Below, piece by piece: positions 12,301 to 25,553 of a stretch of 64,000 bases of DNA; positions within the stretch are counted from its first letter, which is position 1, and every line of letters begins with the position of its first letter. The notes under the pieces are model-generated. The model had not been told where the DNA came from. It did not search any database and was given only the letters and a program-made list of their open reading frames with translations. The DNA comes from Macrostomum lignano (lineage: Eukaryota), in assembly GCA_002269645.1 (NCBI GenBank), contig NIVC01002619.1:1-64000 (forward strand), given 5' to 3'. Made by a program: the position numbers and the translations under genes.

Positions 12301-15300
12301 GGCATGCTGAAGATTATAATGATTGACAGGTGTGGGGAATGGCATGCTGAGGATCCTATTGATTGACAGGTGTGGGGAATGGCATGCTGAGGATCCTATT
12401 GATTGACAGGTGTGGGGAATGGCATGCTGAGGATCCTATTGATTGACAGGTGTGGAGAATGGCATGCTGAGGATCATAATGATTGACAGGTGTGGGGAAT
12501 GGCATGCTGAGGACCATAATGATTGACAGGTGTGGGGAATGGCATGCTGAGGACCATAATGATTGACAGGTGTGGGGAATGGCATGCTGAGGACCATAAT
12601 GATTGACAGATGTGGGGAATAGGATGCTGAGGATCCTATTGATTGACAGGTGTGGGGAATGGCATGCTGAGGACCATAATGATTGACAGGTGTGGGGAAT
12701 GGCATGCTGAGGACCATAATGATTGACAGATGTGGGGAATAGGATGCTGAGGATCCTATTGATTGACAGGTGTGGGGAACGGCATGTTTAGGATTCTATT
12801 GACTGACAGGTGTGGAGAAAAGTATGCTCAGGGTTTAGGTTATGACAGACACGTGCTAGGAATGAAAAGCTCACACCTTGTCCATCAAACCGGCAACGTG
12901 GTCTTCATCGCCAGTCGCAGCCTTGGCGCCCTCATCTCCTGTCCCGGCGCCATTCTGGTATTGGTAAAGAAATGCCGCCTTCTGATAAACCAGCGTGGCC
13001 TTACTCCATCGGGACTCTTTGGCTAGTATCTCGGCGTATTTCATAGACAAAAGCCAATCGGCTTTGTAAGCTTGAGTCCACATTAGCTCCCAGTAGCAGA
13101 CAAGATGCAGTTGGATCCATTCGGTCTGGCTTTCAATGCTGCGCTCGAATGCTTGGATAGCTCGGTGCGAGTTGCCGGATAGCAGCTGCTGACGGCCCTG
13201 AATTTGAGTTTGATAAATAATCAGAAACTTCAGGATAATTTTTTATAAGGAGGTCATTGACCTCCATAGAGAAAAAGCAAGATAAATCAGAATACTATCC
13301 AACCAACAATATATGGGGCCATTGACCCCATCCCCAAATGAAAGCAAAGCACCCTATTCAGAACTTGAAAGCGGTACATTAAATAGCGACAGGAGAGGCC
13401 ATTAACTCCCAGCCTCTAAAAACAATAAGCCAATAAGGGTTTAAGAATCATCGGGTGTCATTGATCCCACAAAAAACTAAGCGCCAACTAGAATATAATA
13501 TCTTAACCTCAGAATTATGAGAGGGGTCATTGACACCACAAAAAAGCCAATTAAAACCTGCTACTTAGACCTAGAATCATGAGGGGTCATTGACCCCCCA
13601 AAAGAAACTAAGAGCCAATTGGAATCTACTACTTACACCTAGAATCATGGAGAGGGGTCATTGACCCCCCCCCCCAACAAGAAATAAAGAGCCAATTAAA
13701 ATCTACCACTTACCCCTAGAATCAGGGGGTCATTGACCCCCCACAAGAAATAAAGAGCCAATTAAAATCTGCTACTTAGACCTAGAATCATGAGGGGTCA
13801 TTGACCCCTCAAAAGAAACTAAGAGCCAATTGGAATCTACTACTTACACCTAGAATCATGGAGAGGGGTCATTGACCCCCACAACAAGAAATAAAGAGCC
13901 AATTAAAATCTACCACTTACCCCTAGAATCAGGGGGGTCATTGAACCCCCCCCCCCCCACAAGAAATAAAGAGCCAATTAAAATCTGCTACTTAGACCTA
14001 GAATCATGAGGGGTCATTGACCCCTCAAAAGAAACTAAGAGCCAATTGGAATCTACTACTTACACCTAGAATCATGGAGAGGGGTCATTGACCCCCACAA
14101 CAAGAAATAAAGAGCCAATTAAAATCTACCACTTACCCCTAGAATCAGGGGGGTCATTAAACCCCCCCCCCACAAGAAATAAAGAGCCAATTAGAATCTA
14201 AGACTTACGCCTAGATTCATGCCGGAGGGGTCATTGACCCTCCGTGGAAGCTAAAGAGCCAATCCACCGCTAGCAATGCCCTTATATACTCACCTGAAAG
14301 TACAGGAACATAGCCCCATCGGGGTGAGCAGCTAAGCAGGGCTCCAACAGCTGGTGGACAGCGGCTAAATCGCAGCCTCCGGCACCCAGGATATGAGCAA
14401 AGGTAGTGTGATAGACTAGCAGTATAATCCTGCCCAGGGGTGCCCGGACACTGCCGTCCAACTCGGTGGCCAGCCGAATCTGCTCGAGTCCGTATCGCCT
14501 GTCGCCGGAGAATCCAACGAACTCCAACAGTCTGAGCAGTCGGGGCGGCAGCAGACTCAGCAGCAGATTGAAAGCGCCTTCTCCAATTCTAGCGCCGCTT
14601 TCGAAATGCAAGCGCAGTTCGGCGTTCAACCAGCGGCGCTTGTGCAACAGGCGCCAGCACTCTTTGTAGGCTTTGTAGCACTCGCGAATCTTGATGCCGC
14701 CCTGGATTGGATTGTTGTGATGCGGTCTTTGTTCAGCCTAATCCAGTCGCTGTACAGATAAATCAGTTTGTTTAGCCTAATCTAGTCTGAAAAGATAACT
14801 CAGTGTTTGTTCAGCTTAATCCAGTCTCTGTACACATAGACTCTGTCTGTCTCAAATCTCAAATCTCAAATCTCAAATCTGATCTTTGTTAACGTCGAAC
14901 TCAGTCGATTTACAGTTTTTGTCTTTGTTTGCACAAAAATTTAATTGGACGTTTTTATGGTGAACTCTGGTCTTTGTGGTCTGAATTGTGGTCTTTTTCA
15001 CAGTGAAATGTGGTCTTTCTTCACAGTAAAACCAGTTCTTTGTTCACAGTGAAAAGTGGTCTTTGTTCACAGGAAATGTGGTCTTTCTTCACAGTAAAAT
15101 CAGTTCTTTGTTCACAGTGAAAAGTGGTCTTTGTTCACAGGAAATGTGGTCTTTCTTCACAGTAAAATCAGGTCTTTGTTCACAGTGAAATGTGGTCTTT
15201 CTTCACAGTAAAATCAGGTCTTTGTTCACAGTGAAATGTAATCTTTGTTCACAGTGAAATGTGGTCTTTGTTTACAGTGAAATGTGGTCTTTGTTCACAG

Positions 15301-16970
15301 TGAAATGTGGTCTTTGTTTACAGTGAAATGTGGTCTTTGTTTACAGTGAAATGTGGTCTTTGTTCACAGTGAAATGTGGTCTTTGTTCATAGTGAAATGT
15401 GGTCTTTGTTCACAGTGAAATGTGGTCTTTGTTTACAGTGAAATGTGGTCTTTGTTCATAGTGAAATGTGGTCTTTGTTCACAGTGAAATGTGGTCTTTG
15501 TTCACAGTGAAATGTGGTCTTTGTTTACAGTGAAATGTGGTCTTTGTTTACAGTGAAATGTGGTCTTTGTTTACAGTGAAATGTGGTCTTTGTTTACAGT
15601 GAAATGTGGTCTTTGTTCACAGTGAAATGTGGTGTTTGTTTACAGTGAAATCGATCTAGAGTCCATTTTTAAAAGATTTGTTTTATACGAGTGTATTCGA
15701 AACCATCAGGCAAATTTACCTTGACAAAAGCAATAAAATTCTCGTCCTGAAGAAACGTGAGCACAGCTTTTTCTAATAACAACTCAGCGTAGCACAGCTC
15801 AGCGTGGCACTGCTCGTCAGTGAAATCGTTCGGCTGACGAGACGCTACGAAGCCTCGGCGTCGTAGCCGCTGAGAGACTTGCAGGCCCTGTTTAGTGGCG
15901 TCCAAAGCCTGCTGTATGTTAGGGCGCTCCATAGTCATGGAGGCCTGCAGGTAGCAGATGGTGGCGTAGCCCAGGCTGTGGTACATGGATGTGGCCGACC
16001 TGGGTATTGTTGGTGTCATCAAATGTGTGACATTTTCTGTGCCTTATCTGACTACTGGATCTCTAATAATGGCGTCATCTATATCTAATAATAGCGTCAT
16101 CGATATCTAATAATAGCGTCATCGATATCTAGTAATTGCGTCATCGATATCTAATAATAGTGTCATCGATATTTAATAATGGCGTCATCGATATCTAATA
16201 ATAGCGTCATCGATATCTAACAATGGCGTCATCGATATTTAATCATGGCGCCATCGATATCTAGTAATTGCGTCATCGATATCTAATAATAGTGTCATCG
16301 ATATCTAATAATAACGCCATCGATATCTAATAATAGCGTCATCGATATCTAATAATAGTGTCATCGATATTTAATAATGGCGTCATCGATATCTAATAAT
16401 GGCACCATCGATATGTAATAATGACGTCATCGATATCTTATATTGGCGCCATTTATAACCAAAAGTACATTTCAAGTGATTTAAAAACCAACTCACAGCG
16501 GTTCCATAACGGCCCTGGCCTTCTCAAACTGGTTACTAAGGAACAGGTCTAGAGCATTTTGAGCTTCGCCAATCGACTGGAGCAAGTCTGGCAAGTCAGC
16601 TGGTGGCGGCAAAGGAGGCAGTTGAGCGGCATCCCCTAGCAACTGAGAGGCTGATTCCTCTCGTTCCAAGGCCATTGCAGAATCAACACCATTTACACTG
16701 TGAAAAGAAAAATTAAATTAGTGCTGAGACATGCCTGCATACAGAATTGATATTTTAAATAAAAACCTAATCACTTACACTGCATCTTGATCTTCAGCTT
16801 CATCATCAGATAGAAACTCGACAGCATCTTCAAATGCCTAAATTTTAAGTTATGTTAGCTTAGTGTCTTAATATGTTAAACAATTTATTTATTAAAAAAG
16901 TAGCAAGTAAAAAATGATAACTTACCTCTTCATCATTCATACTCTGAAGACTTTCTTTGTCCTTTTCCAT
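9371..16970 (-). CDS. TTC39: Tetratricopeptide repeat protein 39 (IML2/TTC39 family), 637 aa
   Basis: Exons 16970-16926, 16837-16779, 16697-16497, 15999-15720, 14701-14294, 13197-12877, 11700-11332 and 9601-9371 total 1914 nt, all GT-AG and in phase. Family motifs include SMYHSLGYATI, HAELCYAELLL, GGIKIR, FESGARIGEGAFNLLLSLLPPRLLRLLEFVGFSGDR, CYWELMW, IAGKSLPIEKFA, LESRIHFR. Confidence 0.93.
9705..11225. repeat. 27-bp minisatellite containing two telomeric hexamers (ACCCTAACCCTACACCTGTCAATCATA), TTC39 intron 7
   Basis: About 56 units. It produces the NHNPNPTPV, DRCRVRVMI and SIITLTLHL artefact ORFs. Confidence 0.97.
11810..12830. repeat. 40-bp minisatellite (GATTGACAGGTGTGGGGAATGGCATGCTGAGGATCCTATT), TTC39 intron 6
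   Basis: About 25 units. It shares a 14-17 bp core, in inverted orientation, with the intron 7 array. Confidence 0.95.
13250..14270. repeat. About 60-75-bp repeat with palindromic core GGGGTCATTGACCCC and a 3-unit higher-order period of about 215 bp, TTC39 intron 5
   Basis: The core recurs about 14 times. Triplet blocks start near 13570, 13780 and 14000. Confidence 0.85.
14965..15650. repeat. 23-bp minisatellite (CACAGTGAAATGTGGTCTTTGTT), TTC39 intron 4
   Basis: About 28 tandem units. Confidence 0.95.
16065..16450. repeat. 22-bp minisatellite (GCGTCATCGATATCTAATAATA), TTC39 intron 3
   Basis: Period of 22 (16094 and 16116). Confidence 0.92.
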
Positions 16971-17809
16971 CTTTAAAACTGAATAAAGCACATAAAAACA
17001 AAAAAAATGGATGGTATATCAACTGTCTTGTTTATAATGCCATACTTAGATAGCTTTTGAAACTTTGACAGTTTCAAGCAATCAGCTTAAAATGCATTGG
17101 CCCCCTGCTATTTTTAATTACTTTGAAATCTTTTCTGGGCCAATTTAGGGTTTTAATTTTGAAGCTTATTGAATAAGATTAGCAAAAAATACAAATAAAA
17201 TTAGTAAGATATAGAGCATTCTGCCCTAAAAATACAAAGCTTAAAGATTATAAGAACATATAATTTAAAAATATTGAAATAGTTCTATATCTAAATTATC
17301 AAAATTAAGAAAAACCTTGTTGCAGGAAAAACTTGACAAGAAAACCTTTAGCAAGAAATCCTCATTGCAGGAAAAGCTCATGGCCTTGTGCAAGCAAATT
17401 TCAGTAGAATTTTTTTGCAATAATTTTTGTGCTTCTAATAAGATATAAATAATGAAAAAACTTGTTAAAATAAATAATATTAATTTGATAGGCCTACTAA
17501 TAATATTATTAAATACACAATGATGCATATATAATTCTAAATTTATAGATAACAAGCTGTTGAAACCTGCGGATTTTGAACCTGGGGAATTCTAATCCCT
17601 GGAACTACTTTTGCATGAATTCTGAAATCTAAGGCCATACACAAACAAAGACTTGTTAATAGTTAGTAGGATAGAAGTAGACATAAAATGGACACATTTG
17701 TGTAAAATTAGGATTTGAAGGCAAACATTGAAATTGTTGGCTGGGGTACTGCACAGAATGTCAGGCAATGTCTGTCTGACTCTAAAACATGTATTGGCAA
17801 ACTTTGGCC

Positions 17810-18790
17810 TCTCCCTGACTCTCCCTATGTCCCTAGCATCCTTTCCTTTAAAATTTCTATTGTCTCTTCTGTTTCCTCTCTTCTCTCTCGTCCCTTGTCT
17901 CTCCTCTCTCCCCTCTTTTCTCATATCTTCCCTCATCCCTCTTCTCTTTCATCTCTCTTATCTCATCTCTTGTCTCTTCTTTTCTCTCTCCTCTCCCCCT
18001 CTACTCTCTTCTCTTCCTTCTCCTCTATTCTTTTCTCTCTTCTCTTAACTCTTTCCTCTACTCTCTCATCTCTCCTCTTTCCTCTCTCTCTCTCCTCTCA
18101 TCTCTTCTTTCCTCTCTCCCTTCTTCTCTCGTCTCTTCCTTCACCTCTTTGCTCTCTCATCTTTCCTTTCTCTTCTTTTATCTTTTCTCTCTTATCTCTC
18201 CTCCTCTGTCCTCTCTCCTCTCGTCTTTGTAATCTCTCCTCTGTTCCCTCTACTCTCTCATCTTTCATCTGTTCACTCTTGTCTCTGCTCTCTCATCCCC
18301 TTCTTTAATCTGGCATCTCTGTCTTATATGTTCTCTCACCTCTCTCCTCTGTACTCTTTTCTTTCCCCTCTTGACTCCTCACTTTCCTTTCTCCTTTCTT
18401 CTTTTCTCTTCTCTTCCCTTTTCTATACTCTCTCTCCCTCTCCACTCTCCTCTCTTGTTTATCTCTCATCTCTCATTTCTCATCTCTCCTTCCACCTCTC
18501 ACATCTCTACAACCTTAGAGATGTATCTTTATCTCTTCTCTCTTCCCTTTACTCTCTCATCTCTTCTTTCACCTCTTTCCTCTATGCTCTCCTTTCTGCT
18601 GTCTCCCCTCTCCTCTTATCTGCAGCTCTCTGCTCTCTCATCTCTACTCTCTCCCCTCTTCTCCCCTTCTCTCTCATTGTCCTCACCCCTCATCTCTCCT
18701 ATTATCTTTTATCTTTTCTTTTATCCCCTCTGTCGCCTCTTCTCTCTCCAAATCGTCTATTCCTTCTTCTTTCCACTCTCATCTGCCCCT
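17810..18790. repeat. CT-rich low-complexity tract
   Basis: Almost pure C/T on the plus strand. It gives the L/S/P/F-rich artefact ORFs. Confidence 0.9.
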
Positions 18791-19645
18791 CAGCGGCTCA
18801 GCCATGAGCTGGATTCTTTATCTGGCCTTTGAGGTAAAAGTCTGCCCATCCCTGCTTGGAAAGCCAGTTTGTGGGACATAGTACTCTTATGGTTGTTCTC
18901 ATGCTTTGATCACGTCATCTTTCTTGCCAATTTGCAGCCCTGAAAGGAATTTGTGTATCTTTAGCTCTATTGCAATCTGTATCAGTCTAACAACCAAGGA
19001 AATATGCATTTCTTAGGAGGCCATTTAAAATTTCCATGGTGTGCCTAATTTAGTAGGGTTGTATAGATTGCATCGCATTGCCTTTTCATAAATCTTTTGC
19101 TTTTACAAACCATGCTGGATTCCATCAATTTGCCAATTGCCATCCACTGTTAAACTGCTGTATAGTTTGCCAATACAGAGGGGAGGGCAGTGGTTAGAAT
19201 TTCTCACTAAACTGTTATGGCTAAACATAGCCTCTCTAGTCTCTACTCTCAAGTGGCAAGTCAAGTAGCTAAAAATTCAAATGGCCAATTCAATATAGAA
19301 TCTTCAAATAGGCCTACTTTTAAAGAATGCCAATTGATTTGTTAAAGACAATTTTTCTACAAGTTTTATATCAAAGACAAAGTGCTAATAGTATAAGCTT
19401 GTCATTTGGCAATTGACTTTTGCAATCAGTAAGCTTTTTGATAATTCTACAATGTCATTTCAAATGAAGCACAATAGCACATTATTGCACAAGGCCTATT
19501 GGTCAATGTTTGACCTACACTCAATTTTTTATGGCATACATTTGTAATTATTCAATTTTTGTTCAAGCATATACCCAGTGTGATCTATACTAGGCCCTGT
19601 AGACTGCATTAACATACACTAATAATACTTAAGCCTAACCAGGCC

Positions 19646-22600
19646 GGTTTCCATGCATTTCGGTGCCCGTGCTTTTTGGTGCCCAGCATTTTGGTGCCCC
19701 AGATTGTCTTTCGGTGCCCCAGTTTATATTATGCCAAAATGATGATAATAAAAAAGAAATCCTATAACAAATATAATAAACGAGGCCAACTCCTCCGTTG
19801 GCGGAGTGAGGGGATAGATAGAACTCCCATCGCCAGAATTTCATTCCCCGAAACCATCAGCTGAATCCAATGACACGAATCCCATCGTCCAAATCCTCTC
19901 CAAATCCTATATTAACCTCCCAAAAACCATGTTGTTTTACCTGTGTGCAAAAATTGACTGCCTGCCATCGTCCAGACTGAGACTCTCGTCTGTCTCCTCT
20001 CTCCTCTTTGCTCTCTCATCTCTAATCTCTCCTATCTCCTCTCTGCTCTCTCATCTCTAATCTCTCCTATCTCCTCTCTGCTCTCATCTCCTCGCTTATC
20101 TATCATTTCTCATGTCTACTCTCTTATCTCTCCTCACTACTTTCTCCTCTCAACTTTTTCCTCTCTCCTCTTTTATCTCTTCTCTCTCCTCTCCTTTATC
20201 TCCTCTCTGCTCTCTCATCTCTCTACTTTCTCCCCTCTCCTCTCTCCCTTATCCTCTTGCTTCTCTCTCCTCTCTCTCCCCTCATCTCTACTAATTTATC
20301 TCTTCTCTCTCGTCTTTTGGCTCTACTCCCTCTGTCTCCTCTTTCTCCTCTCTTACCCCTCTCCTCTCTCCTCTCAATTCCTTCATCTCTTCTCTCGCCT
20401 TTATTCTCTTTTTTTCTTTTCTCTAATCTGTCCCTTTTAATTCTCTCTTTTCATGTTCTCTTTCATCTAATCTTTTATCTACTCTAGCCTTTTCTCTTTT
20501 CTCTATTCCCTTTCAATTTAACCATTTCATCCTCTCCATGAAACAGCTATCATCAAAATCCTCTCCGTTAAACTGCAATCTAGCTTGTATCATCCTCCTT
20601 CAAGCTACAATCCATCGATTTAAAAAAATACTATCTCTATCAAATTTCAGTCAATCAAGACTATGAAACTGAAGTCTATAAAAATATGATTTTTACTTGT
20701 CTGGGTATACGTCAAAAAATCTTCCAAATCTTCCAAATCCTCCATAAAACCTCTGAAATATCATAGCATGTTTTCCCTGTTTACAAAAATTGACTGCCAT
20801 CGTCCAGACTGAGACTCTCTCCTGTCGCCTCTCTCCTCTTTGCTCCTTTATCTAATCTCTTCTTTCTGCTTCCTGCTCTCCATCTCCTCTCTCATCTCTA
20901 CTCTTACTTTCTTATCAATCACCTCCCATCTCTCATCTCTCCCCTCTACGCTCTCATCTCTATTTTCTCATCTCTATTCTCTCATCTTTCCCCTTTTGCT
21001 CTCTCATTTGTTTTTTCATCTCTCTCTTCTCTCCCTTCTCTTCTCGCTTCGCTCTCTCCCCTCTTCTCTCTATCTCTTCTCTCCTGTCTTCTCTCAATTC
21101 TCTCTATCTCTCCTCTTCTCTCTCATCTCTCATCTCTACTCGCTTATCTATCGCCTCTCCTCTACCCTGTCCTCTCTCTCTCCTCTTTTTTCTCTCTCGT
21201 ATCTCCTCTCTGCTCTCAATTCTCATACTCCTATTTTCTCTCTTACCCTCTCCCTCTTCATCTCTCATCTTTCCCCTCTTCTCTCTACCGTCTCCTGTCT
21301 CATCTCTCCTCTCTCTTCTCTCTCCTCTGTACTATCTTATCCCTCCTCTCTCCTCCCATCTTTCCTCCCTCCTTTGCTCTCTCATTTTCCTCTCTCCCCT
21401 CCTTTCTTCCCTCTACTTTCTCTTCTCTTCGCTCTCCCTCTTCATCATTCCCGCCTCACTCCCCTCTTCTCTCCCCTCTGGCTCTGTCGTCTTTAATCTC
21501 TTATCTCTCATATCTACTGTCTTTCTATCATCTTTCTATCCTCTCTTCTCCTTGAAATCTCTCTTCTCTTTACTCTCTTATCTGACGGACTGAAAGCGCC
21601 GATAATCAAACCAATTGAAATTTGTTACCAGCCTCCTCCATTACTGAATTTACTCAAATGATAGCTGGCCTGAATTTGTGTACTCAACCCCCCCCCCAAC
21701 TACAATCTTGGCAGAAATTTTAAAAGTATGGAATCGTTTTTTCAATGCTGTGCTTTTTGTTTTCATATTTAAAGCAAATAACTTAAATCCCCGAATTCAG
21801 CGTTGCAAGATCCTTCCAGCAATATAAGTCTCTCCTCTCAAAGTTAAAAAAAAGGAACAGTTAACGTCTGAACTTCCCGGTTCAAAGCATTAAGTATCGA
21901 GTGTACATTCACCTGCCTGCTGTTTATTCATTGAATTTCACTGCCCAGCTAATATACAGACAGGCTGCCTTTTGAAAGGCGCCGATAGTAAAACCAATTG
22001 AATCTCGACACAGTCCTATCTATCTGTTTACAATGTACATTGCTATGTACACTCAGCCCAAACCAACCCTCCGTTCTGGAGGGAAGCATTAAATTTAACT
22101 GAACCCCCCAACACGCGGGGGTTTTATTAGCATTGAACCCAGAACACGCATCAACCACCCCTCCAATACACAGCGACCTGCGGGGGGAGGTTGGGGTGGT
22201 TGTTTTTACAATAATGCCACTGGAGAGGCAAAGTGGCCAAAGAAGGTTAAGAAAACAGTTTTTTGCTTTTTTAACGGACTTGACTTTTAATTTTTCAACA
22301 TTAAAATAGCCTATTTGTTGCGTAGGAAAATTTTGAATTGATATATGTAAGTCCCGCATTTGAGTTGCCAGCCGTCTAGGAGGAGATACGCGTTAAACCC
22401 GGCCGGTCGATCGACCCACTCAGCTTTAGATATAAGAGATACTTTACAAAACATTTGATATTTTTAATAAAAGCAGTATTAATTTTGTTAAACTGGCACA
22501 TTTCTTGAAATTGGAAAAATCTATTCAATTTAATTGCATACATTTGCTGTATCCTGTATATACATGTAGTTTATGCATGTAGTTAAAACTACATGTAGTT

Positions 22601-23234
22601 TTGATCGAAATTATGAAATGTGACAAGTCTACATGTATTTTAGTTAGTACTGATTTTTTGAATCACCCGATCATGTTTTATTTCACTTATAAATCACTTA
22701 AAGCACTTACTGCTAAATTAGAGCTCAATCTCTATATTTTGTGTCCAATTCTAATGTATAATTTGGCCACCAAAAAGCAAGCTGGGGCACCAAAAAGCAC
22801 AGGCACCAAAGAGCGTGGATACTAGAGGTCGGACGGGATCCCAATCCCGAAATCTCGGGATCCCAAGGAAAATTGAATTCCTATCATCCCATGGGACCAG
22901 AATCCCGACCCTAAAAAACTCGAGATTCGGGAACAGGTCTTTTGATTAATAATTTATAGAATTAGTGATTACTTGAAGGTATTTTGCTTTAACTTGTACT
23001 TGTTACATTATTTACTTTGTTGGTTACAAAACTTCATATCAATTTTGTTGTGTTTTACTTCTTGATCTTGAAAATTTTTTCTCAATTTTGTTTAACTTTA
23101 CATGGACAATACACTAAAAGACCTGATATCCCAATTCCCGAAATCCCTGATCCCGAGAAAAAAATTATTCCCGATCCCGATCTTGCCCGAAGATTTCAAT
23201 CCCATCTGACCTCTAAATGGCTCTAATGGATACC
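19646..23234. mobile_element. 3.6-kb non-autonomous TIR DNA transposon, Merlin-like (GG termini, 8-bp TSD)
   Basis: Perfect TSD ACCAGGCC at 19638-19645 and 23235-23242. Termini are GGTTTCCATGC... and ...TGGATACC. GGTGCCC/GGCACCAAAA motifs are repeated within both TIRs. The interior is CT-rich tracts (19985-20500, 20815-21575) each preceded by a duplicated ~100-bp leader. No transposase seen. The superfamily call is inference. Confidence 0.75.
22823..23215. mobile_element. hAT-like MITE nested in the right TIR of the 3.6-kb element
   Basis: 17-bp TIRs TAGAGGTCGGACGGGAT / ATCCCATCTGACCTCTA (2 mismatches). Subterminal ATCCCG repeats. 8-bp TSD GTGGATAC (22815-22822) / ATGGATAC (23226-23233), after a short terminal duplication. 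Confidence 0.7.
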
Positions 23235-24951
23235 ACCAGGCCTAACCTAAGCCAAGACAAGTAATGGCTAGAGTTCTAGCACTAGAACCCATTTTCTAAT
23301 GGCTAGGCCCTATGGATCCAGCAGTCGAGTCTTCTGCAGGTAACTTTCATCTTTCATCTACTAGGCCCCCTAATGAAATCTTAGAACATTAGTAGGCACT
23401 TCAGTGAGAAAATTAAATTTCAGAAATTGTTATAGGCTGCTATTTCACTAGATAGATCTTACTTTCCCATTTCCAAAATGGCCAAACTTTAGTGATTTGG
23501 TTGAGTAATAAGGAAACTACAGCTATTTTAGTAACCCCAATTTGTGCCTTTAGCCAATGGAATTTTTACATTACGGTTTGTGATCATTTTTGGCCAAAAA
23601 GTTGGCTTTTGTCTTTGAACACTTGTAATTAATTTTCTAGCCAACCAAAATGACTGTGCTTGGTGTCATTTTGTTCAGTTTTTTAGTGTTAATTGTATGA
23701 ATTATATATTTTAATATTATTTTATATGCCCAAGTTGCTAAGCTAATTGAAACAGGATGGGTGTATGAAATTTTGACTATTTTAACCAGATACGCAATGA
23801 TTGCAATTTTAAAAATACAATAGCATCTGTTCTGCTTGCTTAATTTATACAAGGCTAGTGTCATTTTGTTCAGGTTTTTACCTACTATAATACTATTCTA
23901 CTTCTTGCCCTAAATTTTTAATGCATGACAGACACCCCAACTGCAATGTAATGTGCTGTACAGGCTTTGCGCATGGGTTTATTAAAAAACGGTTTTGCCT
24001 ATCGTGTTCAGCATAGCAGAATTAGTTAAATGACACAGAGAACTAGTTTGCCGGAAGGCAGAGTCTCACAAAAAACACGAAATACACGTTTCAATGGGTA
24101 TTTTACATGTAAACGTATCAAAAAAAGAAACCTCCACAAAATTTTTGCGCCTATAGCTATTGGCAAGCGGTTTTTTTTACTGTGCTTGTATTGTCAATAG
24201 GTAATGAAAAATATAAAGAGAAACAATGCAGGAAAAGGATTTCATGGAAAATTTTGGATTTGAAATTTTGCATAGAGCCATATGGGCATTAAAAGAAAAA
24301 AAAATTTTTTTTTAACACCAGAAAAATGTTTCTAAATTATCCCTTTACACTATAAAACCTTTGTTTCCATTATAAGAAACACATTGCAGCTAAGAAAAAG
24401 CATTTTCTGAACCACTGTTTTTTTATTCATTTTGGCTTCAATTTTATATTCCTCCTAAAAAATGGTCAACTTTAAAAATAGACAGTGCAAAAAGTATAAC
24501 AAAGCTAGACTTGCAGTTGGTGTCATTTGAAAGAGCTCCTTTTTACCTTTTAAATGCATATTTTACTTTCATCCTGGCTTCTATAGTTTCTTTAAAATCG
24601 CCCTTGAAAAATTGAACTTTTTTCTTACTTTTTTGCCATTGGCACGCACTTCTTATAACTCACTGAAGTCCCTAACATTAGAAGTTTTTTGCTTTGAATA
24701 TCATTATTTTGTTTTGATCTTTTAGGGCCTAGGCCTATCTTGAACAAAATCTCAATATCAACCATCCATTAAAAAGTAAAATGTTTACTGCTATATTATA
24801 CCCATAAATTGCACTGAATTCATAAAAGTTGGGACTCGAGATTGGTCGGGATTGGGATCAAGATTTATCATTGCATTGGCATCCAGGCTTACTTAGGTAT
24901 GCGATGGCTAAGTACATGCTTTGGGGGCAACCTAGGCCTAGGGATTCACCT

Positions 24952-25249
24952 CATACGTGCGCAACAGTCGGCCGAGTCGGCCGATCCGGCCGACTGATTT
25001 GGCAGCCAACCAAGGAAGTCGCAAAAATGTCCACCTAAAAAAATACCTAAGTAGTAGTACTAAGTAGCTGACGAGGCATTTTGGCTTAATAAAACAGTCA
25101 TAGTTACTCCTGCCGTTTACCCAAAGTTGCGTTAATTTTGCTTTAGGGTTTTTTTACATGTAAGTCGCATTTTTGGCCAAAAACTACGTCGCATTTTTGT
25201 TAAAACTAAGTCGCACGGCCGACCGAATTTTGGAGGTTGCGCATGTATG
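24952..25249. mobile_element. 298-bp MITE with CATACRTGCGCAAC TIRs (P-element-like termini)
   Basis: 14-bp TIRs with 1 mismatch. Perfect 8-bp TSD ATTCACCT at 24944-24951 and 25250-25257. Confidence 0.85.
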
Positions 25250-25553
25250 ATTCACCTGGCCGTTTCTATTGGCAACACCACATGTAAGTCGCAATTGGAC
25301 GGAATGATAGTCATGTGACTGCTCTCAGCCAATAGCGACTTACATGTGTGTGTTGCTAATAGAAACGGCCGAGTGATTCCCAAGGTTGCGCATGTATGGA
25401 AGTAAGGATCCTTTATTATTATAATAAATAGGCACATGTATTTATTAGTAGGCCTATATTATTAGTCAAGTGACATTACTATACTAGCCTAACTTGTTTG
25501 TAGTTTAGTATAAGTTAGAGAGGCCCTACTTAGCCTACTACAGTACTAGATCG

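Noticed and set aside
17715-21496. L/S/P/F-rich ORFs resembling multi-pass membrane proteins
   Set aside because: Translations of CT low-complexity tracts.
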